Both the position numbers and the translations under genes were made by a program. Below are positions 22,824 to 35,655 of a stretch of DNA of 64,000 nucleotides, one piece after another. Position 1 is the stretch's first letter, and each line of letters opens with the position of its first letter. This stretch comes from Prorocentrum cordatum. Taxonomy: Eukaryota. The stretch lies in NCBI GenBank assembly GCA_963575745.1, contig CAUYUJ010000017.1, forward strand, positions 1-64,000. Direction: 5' to 3'. Under the pieces are notes generated by a model. The model was not told where the DNA came from and did not search any database. It was given only the letters and a program-made list of their open reading frames with translations.

Positions 22824-25800
22824 GTGGAGACGAGAGTAATGAGGTGGGGGGAAGGGAGGACCGACAGCAGGAGCAGGTCACTGGGAGAGAGAGAGAGAGA
22901 GGGTAGCAAGCACGAAGCTATCCTTCGCAGGAGAAGGTGCGTAGCGAGGCAGGAGTGGCCGGCATCGGACCGATACTCTGGATCGGACAGGGGCGTGCAT
23001 CACAAATGGCCGCACTGGCATGGCACGGAGTCGGAATAGCATCGAAGCGGCTGCGCCATGATGCACAGCAACGCCATGCAAACATCGGCCCGCATCACAT
23101 CGCCGGAACATTGTAAGCGACTCGGATCGAGCCGGTCGAAATCGATATCGGATCAGATCGATCGAATGTGATCATAGATGGGGAGGGAGATCTGATGAAG
23201 AGGCGCCGGCAAGAGGAGGGGGTCACGAAGAGGCAGAGAACTACCGTCAAGCAAAAAACTATCGGTCGCAAGGCCCCCTGCTGCCGCGAGTCAACAGAGC
23301 CTTTGCCCTAGGCAGGAGGGAGGAGGAGGGCGGCGCTCCTGGGCTCGTCGCCTCCCTCGGTGGACACACCACGCGTGGGCTCCTCGTCGTTCTCCTCGAT
23401 CTTCGATCCTCGATCCCCTGCGCACCCCTTCTGCCCTCCCAAGCGTTTCCTCTGGTGAAGGCCGCTTCGCTCCCTCCAGGACTCCCCGTGCAGCCGCCAG
23501 GCCTGTGCAGCATGCAGAAAACTAGGACCTGTCGACCCCCTGCCGTCCTTATGGGTTCTGGAGGTTGGCGTCCCCGCCCCACTCCCAACACGTTGTGTTG
23601 CTTCCCGTCCCGTTCCTCCTCCTCCTCCTCCTCCACCTCCTCCTCCTACTCCTCCTCCTCCCCCTCCTCCTCCTCCTCCTCCTCCTCCTCCTCCTCCTCC
23701 TCCTCCTCCTCCTCCTCGTCCTCCTCCTCCTCCCTCCTCCACGTCCCTCGATATAATCCTAAAGCATTGTCCTCCTTATCCACCGTCCACATCCTCCCTC
23801 CGAAAACCACCCACAAGCATCTTTCTCCTTCGCCTCGTCCTCCTCTTCCTCCTCTTCATCCCGGATTCATCCCTCCGCCTCCTCCTCCTCCTCCCTCCTC
23901 CTTCTCCTCCTCCCTCTCCTTCCCTCCTCCTCCTCCTCCTCCGCCCTTATCCCTACTCCCCCCTCGCTTCTCCCGCCCCTATCCTTTTCATCCTCCTCCT
24001 TCCTCCCTCGTCGTCGTCCTCGTCATCGTCCTCATCCTCGAACTCTTCCTCTTCCTCCTTTTCCTCCTCCTCCTCCTCCTCCTCCTCCTCCTCCTCTCAC
24101 CTGACTCCTCCCTCCTCCCTCCTCCCGCCCTCAGGGAGGGTACCTCGGCACTTGGGCGGGGCGTCGGGATTACTGGGAGAACTGAATTCCGCCAAGCCGC
24201 TGTCTTCGTGGGGGCTGCGCTGCGGTAAGAATGTCTGATGCCCCGCGGTCCTTGGACCGCAACCCCTGGGCTTGTCGCTGGATGGTGCAGTGCGGTCCTC
24301 GGGATCTGCTCCTTCTCCGCCGTGCAGCCCCACTGTGGGCGCACCCCGGTTGTGTCCCACCGGGTCGAAAGGGTGTGGGCCAGGGTCGCTCCGACCTGCT
24401 GACTGGGCGGGGGGGGAGGCTCTGGGGTGCGGGCCGCCTGCCTACGGGCTGTGGGGGCGGTGCTGGGCCCCGCGCTGAGCCGCGCACCGCGCTCCCCGCG
24501 CGGTGGACGAGGGGGTGCCAGGGCCCCCGACCTCAGAACGGCGGGGAGGCTCGGGGCGGCGCGCGCGGCGTCGCCATCACAGTGATCGGAGGGCTGCGTG
24601 CCGCCGCTGGTGACTCCACCGCTCTCGGCAGTCGTGAGCGCTCTCTCTCGGCGCCGCGGGACTCTCTCAGAGCAGGTCATCCTTGTCACAGCTCTCCCAT
24701 AACCCAGGCGCCCTGGCCTGTCCCAGGCTCCCTGCCCAGGCATCGTCTCTGTGGATACTTCCATGCTCGGTGCTAATTACGCTTCACAGTCTTGCTCACC
24801 ACCGGCTCAGCGCCGTTGAGTGAAACCTGCTCGACGGAGCACAGCGTCCGCACTCATGCCAGCGTCCCACCACCTTCCTCCTCCCTCCTCCCTCCTTGTC
24901 CTCACGACACTGCCATCGTCCGCCGCCGCCTCGTCCTCCCCCCTCCCCCCTGCCCACTCTCCAAGCCCCTGCCCCACGGGGAGGGCGGGCCTCCCGGCTG
25001 GGGCGCTCGGCGCAGTCGCCCTCCATCAGCTTGGGCCAAAAAGTGTAGGCTGCACGGCGGGCGCCAGACTTCGGAGCGCTCTCATGCTACGACGAAGCCA
25101 TCAGCGAGACAGCATTGGACCGGGGCCAATCGGGGGTCCGTGAAATCTGGCGGCTGTGGAAGATGCATCGGGCTCTGCGGTCTCTCCTACCCGCTCCAGA
25201 AGCGCCATGAGAGCGTCGCGGGACGCCCTGAGGCGCCTCGTCCCGGCCCTAGCACTGCCCGACACGCGCCCCTCCCGCCGTGCATCTTGCTGGGATCCTC
25301 CTGCGGGATCGAGGGTCTGTGGAAAGAGGCTGCTGGGCGCTCTTGATGCTGTCTGCGCTTGCCCCTGGGAGCACACACTAGCTAAGGATGCAGATCGTGA
25401 TGAGGAAGGGGAGGTGTGCAGGAGGGAAGAGCGGAGGAGGCGACAGACGACTCCTCCGCCTCGTCCTCCGCCTCGTCCTTCGCTTCTCGTTTTCCGCCTC
25501 CACCACCGCTTCCTCCCTTCGCCTTCTCATCGAGACAGCAACAGCTGTGCGCCTGGCAGCGGCCAGAGATGGCAGTTGCGAGGGTCGTTCGAAGGGGCCC
25601 TGGGACAGAAGTAAATACACACAAATAACAGGATTCCAAATATTTTCAAATCATTTCTAGGTTTTTGTTTCCCCCCCACTTCCCATATTTTTCCACATTT
25701 TCTTGGGAATCGACGATTAATTGTGTCTGTGTGTTTTTGTTCCCTCCTGGTCATTGCTTGATAGGCGCAAGACACCATTTCGCTGGACCCCCTGCGGGTG

Positions 25801-28800
25801 GACGCATGGAGGCTGCGACGGGCGTGCTCCTGGCAACACCCAGGGAGGGCGAGCAGAGAAAGGCAGGAGGACAGGGAAGGGCCCTGAGACGAGAAGGGAC
25901 GGGAGGGGCAAGGAAGGAGCCAGGAGGAGGCGGGAGAGCGGAGGTGAGGTAAACAACAAGTGCTCTATTCAGAACGGGGGCCTCGCTTAACACATACAAA
26001 GATGGTTGAAACAACGCGAAGGTGCAGGCAGCAGGGAAGTGAAATTGCTTCCGGCTTCCAGGCCACGCAAGCCGATTGATTCCCACAGCTGGGAGCCCAG
26101 ACAGGAAACATGACCCACCGGGGCCTCGACCGAACCAAACTGCCGAATGCCTCAGCCAAAGCTGGCGCGTCGACTTGGCCCCCGAATGGGCCTGACGTCT
26201 CATCGTGGCCACCTTGGGGGTGTTCTACAGCGGACGGCGATATGATGGAGTACAATAGATGACAATGCTGCAGAGCATCAGTGCCACTGGCAAGTAAAAA
26301 CTGGCCTGACCTGAAATGGCGTTCAAACGCTGGGGGCATGTTCCCCGTGTTCGAGATCGACGCTGTTGTTCCGTTTGGGATCGTTGTTTTCCGTTTGGGG
26401 ATTCTCATTCGCGTCGTCTTCGGTTCGGTTCCGTTTTGTACTGCCGTTTGTCGATCCTGTTGTGGGTTGCAATTGTGTGTTGTGCTCTTTTTGGTTGGCC
26501 GTAAACCTGGAAGTTCAGAAGGACAGTAATACGCTGCCAGCGCTTTTAACATCCACTGCGAACAGGCACTTTGGGATAGCGTGTCGCCGCGGCGGCCCCC
26601 GGCGACGCGCTGTGACTTGCGAGCGGATGGCGTGTCACTCCGCTCCGCGTGGCGCGGAACATCTAGCAACGTCAGAAATCGAGTCGAAGGGCAGCCCCTT
26701 CCCTCTGATCCCTACCCCGTCGGGGGAGAGATCCAAGGGAAGGGGCTTCCCTTCGACGCTCATCGCCCCGGATGGTGAACCCCGGGCCAAGATGCAGGAG
26801 CCCAGAATCGAATCGATAAGCCGAATCGGCAATCGAAATTCGCCGGCCCAACGGGCCAAGGGCGTGCTAAGATCTCCGGTAACTTGTTAACAATATTTCT
26901 AATTCGCGCGCGCGGGGCCGCCCCCGGGGGTCCCCGGACGAAAAGTACACCCGCAAGTCCCGGCCAACCCCCGGCCAACCCCCGGCCAGGTCCCAGCAGG
27001 CTCCCAATAGCGCTCCAGGAGCGCTTCAAGTGGCCTCCAAGAGACGCCTTCACGACGCACCTCTCAAGAGAGCCCACAGAGGCAGAAATGAGTGATTGTC
27101 CTTCAGTTTCTGACGCTTTTTGGCCTTCTCGCCTTTTCGGCTTACCGGCGCTCCAAGACGGCCCAAGAGGCTTCCAAGACCGCCCCAAAACGGCCCACGA
27201 ACCCTCCAAGAGGGCCCGAAGACGGCCCAAGATGGCCCCAAGACAACCCAAGAGGCGCCCAAGACGGCCCAAGAGAGCCTCAAAACTGCACGAAGAAGGG
27301 CCCAAGAAGGGGACCAGGAACCGAAACGTCCAGCCTTCAGCCCTAGGAGGCCCCCAGGAGGCCTCCAGGACGCCCCTAGAGGCCCTCACGAGGCCCCCAG
27401 GGGCCCCCAAGAGGCACCACAAGAAGCCCCAAGAGGCCCCCAAGAGGGCCGAAGAGGCTCCAACACGGTCCCCAAGAGGCCTCAAAACTGCCTCCCAAAG
27501 GCCCCTGAGAGGCCAACCACGAGAGCCCAACCAACATCCGTGAGGCCTCTGACCCGCCACCCACCGCCTCCGAAAAATGGAAGCCACCCAACCGCACCGC
27601 ATTGACAACGACACCCCGACAAACGACAGCGGCGAGGCAATATGGGCCGGCGGAATGAGCGAAGCGATTAAATACATCGGATCGGCGGAAATCGGCAGCC
27701 GAGTCGGAAAAGTTCGAATCGGCGGAAATCGGCAGGCCAGCATGTCTCCAATACGAAATCGGAACCCAAACTGGAATCCCAAGCCGAATCGGATCGGAAT
27801 CGGAAGCCATCGAGATCGAATCGAGTCGAATCGAATCGGAGGCATCGAAACGAGCCCTGAAGATTTGTGTTTTCTCTAGATGTGCTGCGTGCGCGGTGTT
27901 GGCAGCGTCTAGGGACGTGCATTGAACACACAGGAGGAAGGGCGGCACCGTGTGAAGATCTCCTGTGGCCCAAACGGCCACACGCATAAAGTTAGAACAC
28001 ACACAGCGGCAACCCAGGAGGGAGGAGCGAGGAGGGAAGCAAAGGGGAAAGCGCGCACGCAGACAGCGCGCACGAAACGAGCCCTGAAGGTGGCGTCTGC
28101 CGTGCTCGGCCACCTCACCCCACGGCCCCCCCGTGGAGCACCAGCGAGCCAGCAGCTTCCGGGAGGCGGCGAGCGGACCGAGGGCGAAGGAGTGCGAGGG
28201 CGAGGAGGGCAAGCAGGCGCCAGGAGGGCGACGAGGGCGAGGGCGAGGGCGAGGGCGAGGGCGAGGAGGGCGAGGAGGGCGAGGGCGAGGAGGGCGAGGG
28301 CGAGGAGGGCGAGGGCGAGGAGGGCGAGGGCGAGGAGTGGAGTGGAGCAATCGGACGTAGTCCGTGAGGGCGAGGGCGAGGAGGGCGAGGGCGAGGGCGA
28401 GGAGGGCGAGGGCGAGGGCGAGGAGGGCGAGGACGCAGGAGGGCGAGGACCAAGGAGGGCGAGGGCCTCGTGGTCGACACCCCTCCTACTCGACGCTGGC
28501 CCTCCCGCCCGCTCATCCTCCTCCTCCTTCTGTCCTCCTTCTGCTCCGCCCCCTCCTTTCCTCCTCAGATCACGCCCTAGAAGCCTCTTGGATGGGGTCC
28601 GAGTAGATGAGGTCGACGGATTGCACCGCATGGCCGATACATCGCCGACGCATCGGCGATACATCGGCGACGTCGGCGATGCATTGGCGACGCCGGCGTG
28701 GAGAACATCGGGCTCCACATCGAGCCGCCTCGCCGATGCATAGGCGATGCGGCGCGATCCTCCGACCCCATCGACAGCCAACCCGTCTCGTACGGAGGCG

Positions 28801-30224
28801 CGGTAGGGATGCAAGGGCCTGGGAGGCCCACGCGAACGCTGTTCCAGCGAGGCTGGCCAGCGAACGCCGCCGAGCATGGACCGAAGGGGCGAGGCTGCCA
28901 AAGGGCACCCCTGGGAAGGCTGCACTTGAGCAAGGACCGACCGTCCCGGCATTCCTATAGTCCTACAACGAAAAGCTCTTAGAACCCAACAATGTTCTAA
29001 GCACAAAAACAATGTTCTTAGAACATAAACCCGATGCGTTCAAACAAGACAGACTCCTCCAGAAATGTTCTAAGAACATTTCGTGGAAACCACAAAAAGT
29101 TCTTAGAACCTTGTTTGGTAGGGCTGTAGGCGAGCCAGGACGCTTCGCCACTGCCTGATGTACATCCTCAGTGGGCGGGCTGCCTCTGCTCCGACCCCAT
29201 CTGGGATAGGACTCGGCGCCCCCGGCGCCCCCCGAAGACGCGCCGCCCTCGCCCCGCAGTGAGCCGCGGTGGCGCCTCGGCCTTATTAAGCCTCGGCGGC
29301 CGAGCCCCCGGCCGAGCCCCGGGTGCCAATGGGGACATCCCCCCCGCGGCTCTCGAGGGCGGGCGGGGCCCCCCCGGGGGGGGGGGGGCCGGGCAGGGAG
29401 CCGCGGCGCCGCGGCCGAGCCCAGCCTGCCCCGGGTCTGACGGGCCACCCCCCCGCGCGCGGATCTCGAGGGCGGGCCTGGGGCCCCGAGGGGGGGGGGG
29501 CCCAGGCGGCGGGGGAGGGGGCTCCTGCTCCTTCATCCTCGTCCCTCCTGCGGTCCCCTCCTTCTCCTCCTCCTCCTCCTCCTCCTCCTCCTCCTCCTCC
29601 TCCTCCTGATTACCTGGTTACCTGATGGCAAGAAGGTCGTGCAGACGTTGCCACCCTCCTCCTCATCCTCCTCCTCCTCCTCCTCCTCCTCCTCCACCTC
29701 TTCGGCCTCGTCCTCGTCCTCGTCCTCGTCATCGTCCTCCTCCTCCTCCTCCTCCTCCTCCCCTCCTCCTCCTGCTCCTTCTCCTCCTCCTCCTCCTCCT
29801 CCTCCTCCTCCTCCTCCTCCTCCTCCTCTGGGGCGGAGGGTTAATTTGGACGTGTCTTCGAGTCAAGCGCTAGCTCCCGAACGCTCGGTAGAGAGACGAG
29901 CGGGGGCCTAGACACAGGGGTGCAACTGCACAACCAAGGCAGGGAGGCCAGGAGAGGGGAGGCGACAGAGGGGGAAGGAAGGGAAGGGCCCCCCCGCACA
30001 GACCCTGGTGGGCCCCCCGAGGCCCCATATCAGAGGCGCCCTGGCCTAGAGCCTCGGTCCTCGAGACTCGCGACTCGGCGACTCGGTCCTCGTGGGAGGG
30101 GAACAAAAACAAGGGAGCGACGGCGGGTGCGCGCGCGGGGATAAGGGGGAGAACAGAAGGAGGTGGAGGTGGAGGTGGGGGTGGAAGGGGGTCCTCCTCC
30201 TTCCCCTCCTCCTCCTCCTCCTCC

Positions 30225-30312
30225 TCACCACCATCACCATCACCATCACCATCACCATCACCATCACCATCACCATCACCATCACCATCACCATCACCAT
30301 CACCACCATCAC

Positions 30313-30347
<35 letters not shown>

Positions 30348-30435
30348 CCATCATCATCAAACTCATCATCATAATCATCATCAGCAGCATCATCAGCATC
30401 AGCATCAGCATCATCATCACCATCACCAACATAAG

Positions 30436-30467
<32 letters not shown>

Positions 30468-31360
30468 ACATCAGCATCATCATCGTCATCAACATCATCA
30501 ACATCAGCGACAGCATCATCATCGCCATCACCGTCATCATCATCAGCAGCGACACCATTATTATCATCATCGTCGTCGTCAGCATCATCATCAGCAGCAT
30601 GACCATCACCACCATCATCATCGTGATTATCATTGTCGCCATCATCAGCATCAGCAACATCACCAATAATAGCAACACCATCATCAGCAGCATCGGCATC
30701 ATCATCACAACCACGACTAGCATCATCTGTATCATCATGTTCATCACCACCACCAGCACCATAAACATCCTAACTTCCACCATCAACATCATTACCGTCA
30801 TCACCACCATCACCACCACCATCGTAATCATCATCATCACTAGCATCATGAAACTCATCATCATAATCATCGTCATCATCCTCATGATCATCATTATGCG
30901 CAGCATCATCGGCATCATCGTGATATTCAGCACCACCCAAATCACCGCCATCATCATCATCATCATCAGCATCATCATCATCATCATCAGCGGTAGCAGC
31001 AACAGACACATCATCATCAGCATCATCAGCATCGTCTTCACCATCGCCATCACCACGACGCTCTTCCTCACCATCACCATCATCAAAATCATCTTCGTCA
31101 TCACCGTCACCATCCCCCCATTAAATATCACCATCACCATCATCATCACCACCATCAGCATCTTGATCATCACCATCACCAACACCATCACCATCGTCAT
31201 GACCATCACCAGCATCATTACCATCACAAGCATAACCTTCATCATCATCACCAGCAGCACAACCACCATCGTCACCATCAGCATCACCATCAACATCGTC
31301 GTCACCATCGTCACCATCAACATCAACATCAGCAGCAACATCACCACCGCCATCATCACC
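30225..31360. repeat. ~1.1-kb degenerate (CAT/CAC/CAG)n trinucleotide repeat
   Basis: Directly visible. Produces spurious poly-Ile, poly-His and poly-Met ORFs. Confidence 0.95.
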
Positions 31361-31379
31361 AACGGCACACACCGTCATC

Positions 31380-33320
31380 CTCTTGTTCTCCTGCTCCTCC
31401 TCTTGTTCTCCCCCTCCTCCTCTTCTTCCTTTTCAGGAGGAGAGGGGAATGAGGGGACGACCAAGACCAGGAGGATACCGAGGAGGAGGAGGAGGAGGAG
31501 GAGGAGGAGGAGGAGGAGGAGGAGGAGGCCGAGGGGGAGGAGGCCGAGGAAGAAAGGAGGAGGGAAATAATGACGAGGAGCCAACGAGGAGAAGGAGGGG
31601 GGGAGGAGGAGGAGGAGGAGGAGGAGGAGGAGGAGGGGAGGAGGAGGAGGAGGAGGAGGAGGAGGAGGAGGAGGGAGGAGGAGAAGGGAGGAGGAGGATG
31701 AGGAGGAGGAAGAGAGGAGGAGGAGGGAGGAGGAGCAGGAGGAAGGAGGAGGAGGAGGAGGAGCAGGAGGAGGAGAAGGGAGGAGGAGGAGGAGGAGGAG
31801 GAGGAGAGGAAGAGGAAGAGGAGGAGGGAGGAGGAGGCCGAGGAGGAGCGGAGGAGAGGAAGGAGGAGGAGGAGGAGGAGGCGGAGGCGGGGAAGGAGGA
31901 GGAGGAGGAGGACGAGGAGCAGGGGCGGGCGCGCTCGCGCGGTCGCGCGGATCGCGGGCGGTCCCTCGCGCCGGGTAGTTGCAGACCTCGGCGGGCGCTC
32001 GGCATGCCGTGCAGGGGGGGGGGGGGGGGGGGGCGGCTGCCCGCGGGCAGCACGCAGGCAGGCAGGAGGAGCAAAGGAGGAGGAGAGGAGGAGGAGGAGG
32101 AGGAGGAGGAGGAGGAGGAGGTGGAGGATGCCGAGGAGGAGGAGAAGGAGGACAGAGGGAGGAAAGGAACACAGTGCGAAGAAGATTGAGGAGGAAACCA
32201 GGAGGAGGAGGAGGAGGAGAAGGAGGAGGAGAAGGAGGAGGAAGAGGACGAGGATAACACAATGAGGAAGGGGAGGATGAGGAGGAGAACGAAAGGCGCA
32301 GTACGACGATGCCGCTGGAGAGGCTTCGTGGCCAATTGGAGCGTTCTCTGGGCGTCGTGGAAGATCGTTACATGTTAGGCCATATCGCACGGTCTTGTGT
32401 CATCTTGAGGTGTATTGCTGGACTTCTGAGGCTACACTGGGGCCATGTCGGGGTTCTGACCGCTCGCGGGACGCGGGACGCCCCTTTAATACCCAGGGAA
32501 GGGGGTGGGAATCCATCCCCGGCTGGGAAGAAGGGGGTTGGAGAGGACGCGCCGTGAGCGACCGCCATCAGGGCTGGTGGAATGTAGGACGGTCCCTGGG
32601 TCCGAACTTCGGCCCTGGAAGCCCTGCTGCGGCGGTGCGAGTAGGCGCGAGGGCCTACTCGGCGCCGCCGCAGCCGTCACCCGGGCCGCCTTCGTCGTCC
32701 TTCTCTTCCCTGTCCTCCTCATCGTCCTCCTCCTCCTCCTTCTCCTCCACCTCCTCCCCCATGGCCTTCCGCCTCCTCGTCCTCGTCCTTGGCCTCCTCC
32801 TCCTCCTCCTCCTCCTCCTCCTCCTCCTCGTCAACTTCCTCTTCATCGTCCTCCTTCCCCTGCTTCTCCTCCTCCTCCTCCTCCTTCTCCTGCTCCTCCT
32901 CGGCATCCTCCTCCTCCTCCTCCTCCTCCTCCTCCTCCTCCATCCATCTCCCCCCTCCTCCTCGCCCTCGACGCGGCCTCATCCGCGTCCTCCTCCTTCT
33001 CCTCCTCCTCGTTGGCCACTCCTTCTCCCTCTGAAACGGCCCTCGGCTTTACCCTCCTCCGCCTCCTCATCCTCCTCCTCGTCGTGGTCGCCCGCGGCAT
33101 CCTCGTTCACATGATCCTCCTCGTCATCTTTCTCCCCTCCTCCTCCTCCTCCTCTCTCCTCCTCCTCCTCCCCATCCTCCTCGTCCTCCTCTCCTTCCTC
33201 CTCCTCCTCCTTCCTCCTCCTCCTCCTCCTCCTCATCCTCCCTCCTACCTCCTCCTCCTCCTCCTCCTCCGCCTCCTCCTCCCCTCCTCCTCCTCCTCCT
33301 CCTCCTCCTCCTCCTCTATA
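31380..33320. repeat. Long GGA-rich (31480-32290) and CCT-rich (32690-33320) low-complexity tracts in opposite orientation
   Basis: Directly visible. Confidence 0.9.
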
Positions 33321-34023
33321 TGGTCCTACATGCTCCTACGCCTCCCGCAATGGATCCCGTGCTATGGTCGGAATGTGCTGGAATTTGGTGAATCAAACTC
33401 CTGGGCTCCTCCCCGATTGATTCCCGGGTTCGAGTATTGAAAACGTGGGTGTCGGCGTCGTGCTTCTAAGGCTGAAGCGTTTCCTGTGGGCCGAGGCTTT
33501 CTCGGGCCAGAGGGGAGAAAGGATGGAGGCAATGGGAGGAGGAGAACGAGGAGGAGGAGGAGGAGGAAGGAGGAGGAGGGAGGGAGGGAGGGAGGGAGGG
33601 AGGGAGGGAGGGAGGGACGGAGGGAGGGACGACGGAGGGGAGGGGACGGAGGGAGGGGCGGCTCGCCGCCGAGCAGCGGGTCGCACCTGGGGGGGGGGGG
33701 TTGCGCCGGCTCCCGATCACAGTGCTCTCAGCGCGCGGCAGACACGCGGCCGCCCGGAGGAGGAGGAGGAGGAGGAGGACTGGGGGCAACCTGTACTGCC
33801 GCTGAAAACTACACTCTGCTGAACCTCGGACGCCGGGCAACCGCCGAGAACACGCGCGCACTTCTTGCCCACTGGCACCGGACGAGCCCCGCGGCGAGAA
33901 ACGGAGCGAGAAACGCGGGGAGGGGGGACGGAGGGCACGCGCAAGACGGACCTAGGCCGCCGGGGCAAGAGCAGGACGCTAAGAACACACGCGAACCTAT
34001 ATCTATATACATATATATATATA

Positions 34024-34072
<49 letters not shown>

Positions 34073-34080
34073 TACATGTA

Positions 34081-35655
34081 CAAGACTGCATTGGCGCTTC
34101 GCGCCATGCACCTGGGTCCTTGAGGCTCTGCATCTGTTGGTCGTTCGCACCATGAGAGTTCGGGCGGTCCCTGGCCCTTCCCGGGCCTCTGGGGGCTCCC
34201 GAAAGGCGCCGGGTGCAGGGCGAAGGATAGGAGGGAGGGGACCTCGGAGAGCGAGGAAAGGACGCGGATGTGGATGTGGGGGAGGACCAGCAGAATGAAG
34301 AGGAGGAGGAGGAGGAGGAGGAGGAGGAGGAGGAGGAGGAGGAGGGCGCCGTCGGGGGACGGCGAAGAATGTTGCAGCGGGTTGCAGCGGGTCGCAACGG
34401 GGCACGCGAACGCACATAATTCTTAGGGAATGCACCAAATCACGGGTTCGCAACAGATTTCCGGGATCTGTGGTTGCGAGCCCGGGATTCGGGTTAGTTT
34501 GGTGGAGCCCGCCGTGTGGGCCTTGTTGGAGCCCTGGTGGGCCAGTTGGCTTGGGGCCGTCTCGAGCCGTCTTGGGGCCATCCTGGGCCGTGTTGGGGAG
34601 CTTAGGGGCCTTACGGTGGCTACGTTGGCCCTCCTGGTGGCCTCCCACGGCCTTTTGGGGGGCCTCCCATGGCCTTCTGGGCTTCTCTTGGGGGCCTTGT
34701 GAGGGCCTGTTGGGCTTCTGTTTTGCTCAGTTGGGGCCCCCCTGGGCAGCCCCAGGGCCGTCCAGGCCGTCTAGAGGCCCCCCCCCGGAGGTCTCTTGGG
34801 CCGTCTGGCGGCGAAACCGGAGGCCTTCATTGCTGCTATGGACGCTGCTAAGATCCGAACAGCGAATGCGCTGAAAAGGCACGTTTCCCCGGGGCGAAAC
34901 GACTAGAGGCTCTCTTGGAGGTCTCTTGGGCCGTCTGGCGGCGAAACCGGAGGCCTTCATTGCTGCTATGGACGCTGCTGGGGTCTGGGCAGCGAATGTG
35001 CTGGGGGGGCACGTTTCCCCGGGGCGAAACAGACCCCCTGCATTCTGGGAGCCCTGTTGAGGGCCTCCTGGGCCGTCTTGGGGGCCTCTGGAGGCCCTCT
35101 TGGTCCTTCTTGGAGGGCTCTTGTGCTGTCTTGGGTCTTTCTTCGGCCTCTCTGATCACTGCTCTGATTGCTTCGGGGCCGTGTGAGGGCCTGCTGGGCC
35201 TCTTTTTGCCTCAGTTGGGGCTTCCTTGGGCAGTCCTGGGGCCATCCAGACCGTCTAGAGGCTCTCCTGGGGGTCTATTGGGCCGTCTGGGGGCGAAGCC
35301 AGAGGCCTTCTTGGCTGCTTTGGGCGCTGCTAAGACCCGAACAGCGGATGTGCTGAGAAGGCACGTTTTTCCTGGGGGAGCGCACCGATTTCTGCATTCT
35401 GGGAGCCCTGTTGAGGGCCTCCTGGGCCGTCTTGGGGGCCTCTGGAGGCCCCATGGAGCGCTCTTGTGCTGTATTGGGTCTCTCTTCGGCCTCTCTGATC
35501 ACCGCTCTGATCGCTTGGGGCCTGCTGGCAGGACCCGGCTAAGCGCCCTGGGAGGTAGGGACCTTTGACGGGGGTGTCCGGGGGGCCCCAGAAACTCGCT
35601 ATCCTAGGGGTCCAATTTGGGGGGGGGGGCGGGGTTGTCCCACCCCCCCAGCTTG
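34081..35655 (+). mobile_element. Family H ~1.5-kb non-coding dispersed element; second full copy 55944-57318; related reverse-oriented pieces about 26890-27560, 46310-46860, 52780-53480
   Basis: Colinear homology from CAAGACTGCATTGGCGCTTCGCGCC to CTAGGGGTCCA.TT.GG...GCTTG, with internal GGGCCGTCTTGGGG repeats. Both full copies follow (TA)n tracts. Confidence 0.75.

Noticed and set aside
30046..31570. 440-492 aa Met/Ile/His-rich ORFs, and other poly-Ser/Leu/Glu/Pro or YIHT ORFs across the window
   Set aside because: These are translations of microsatellites with no domain content.
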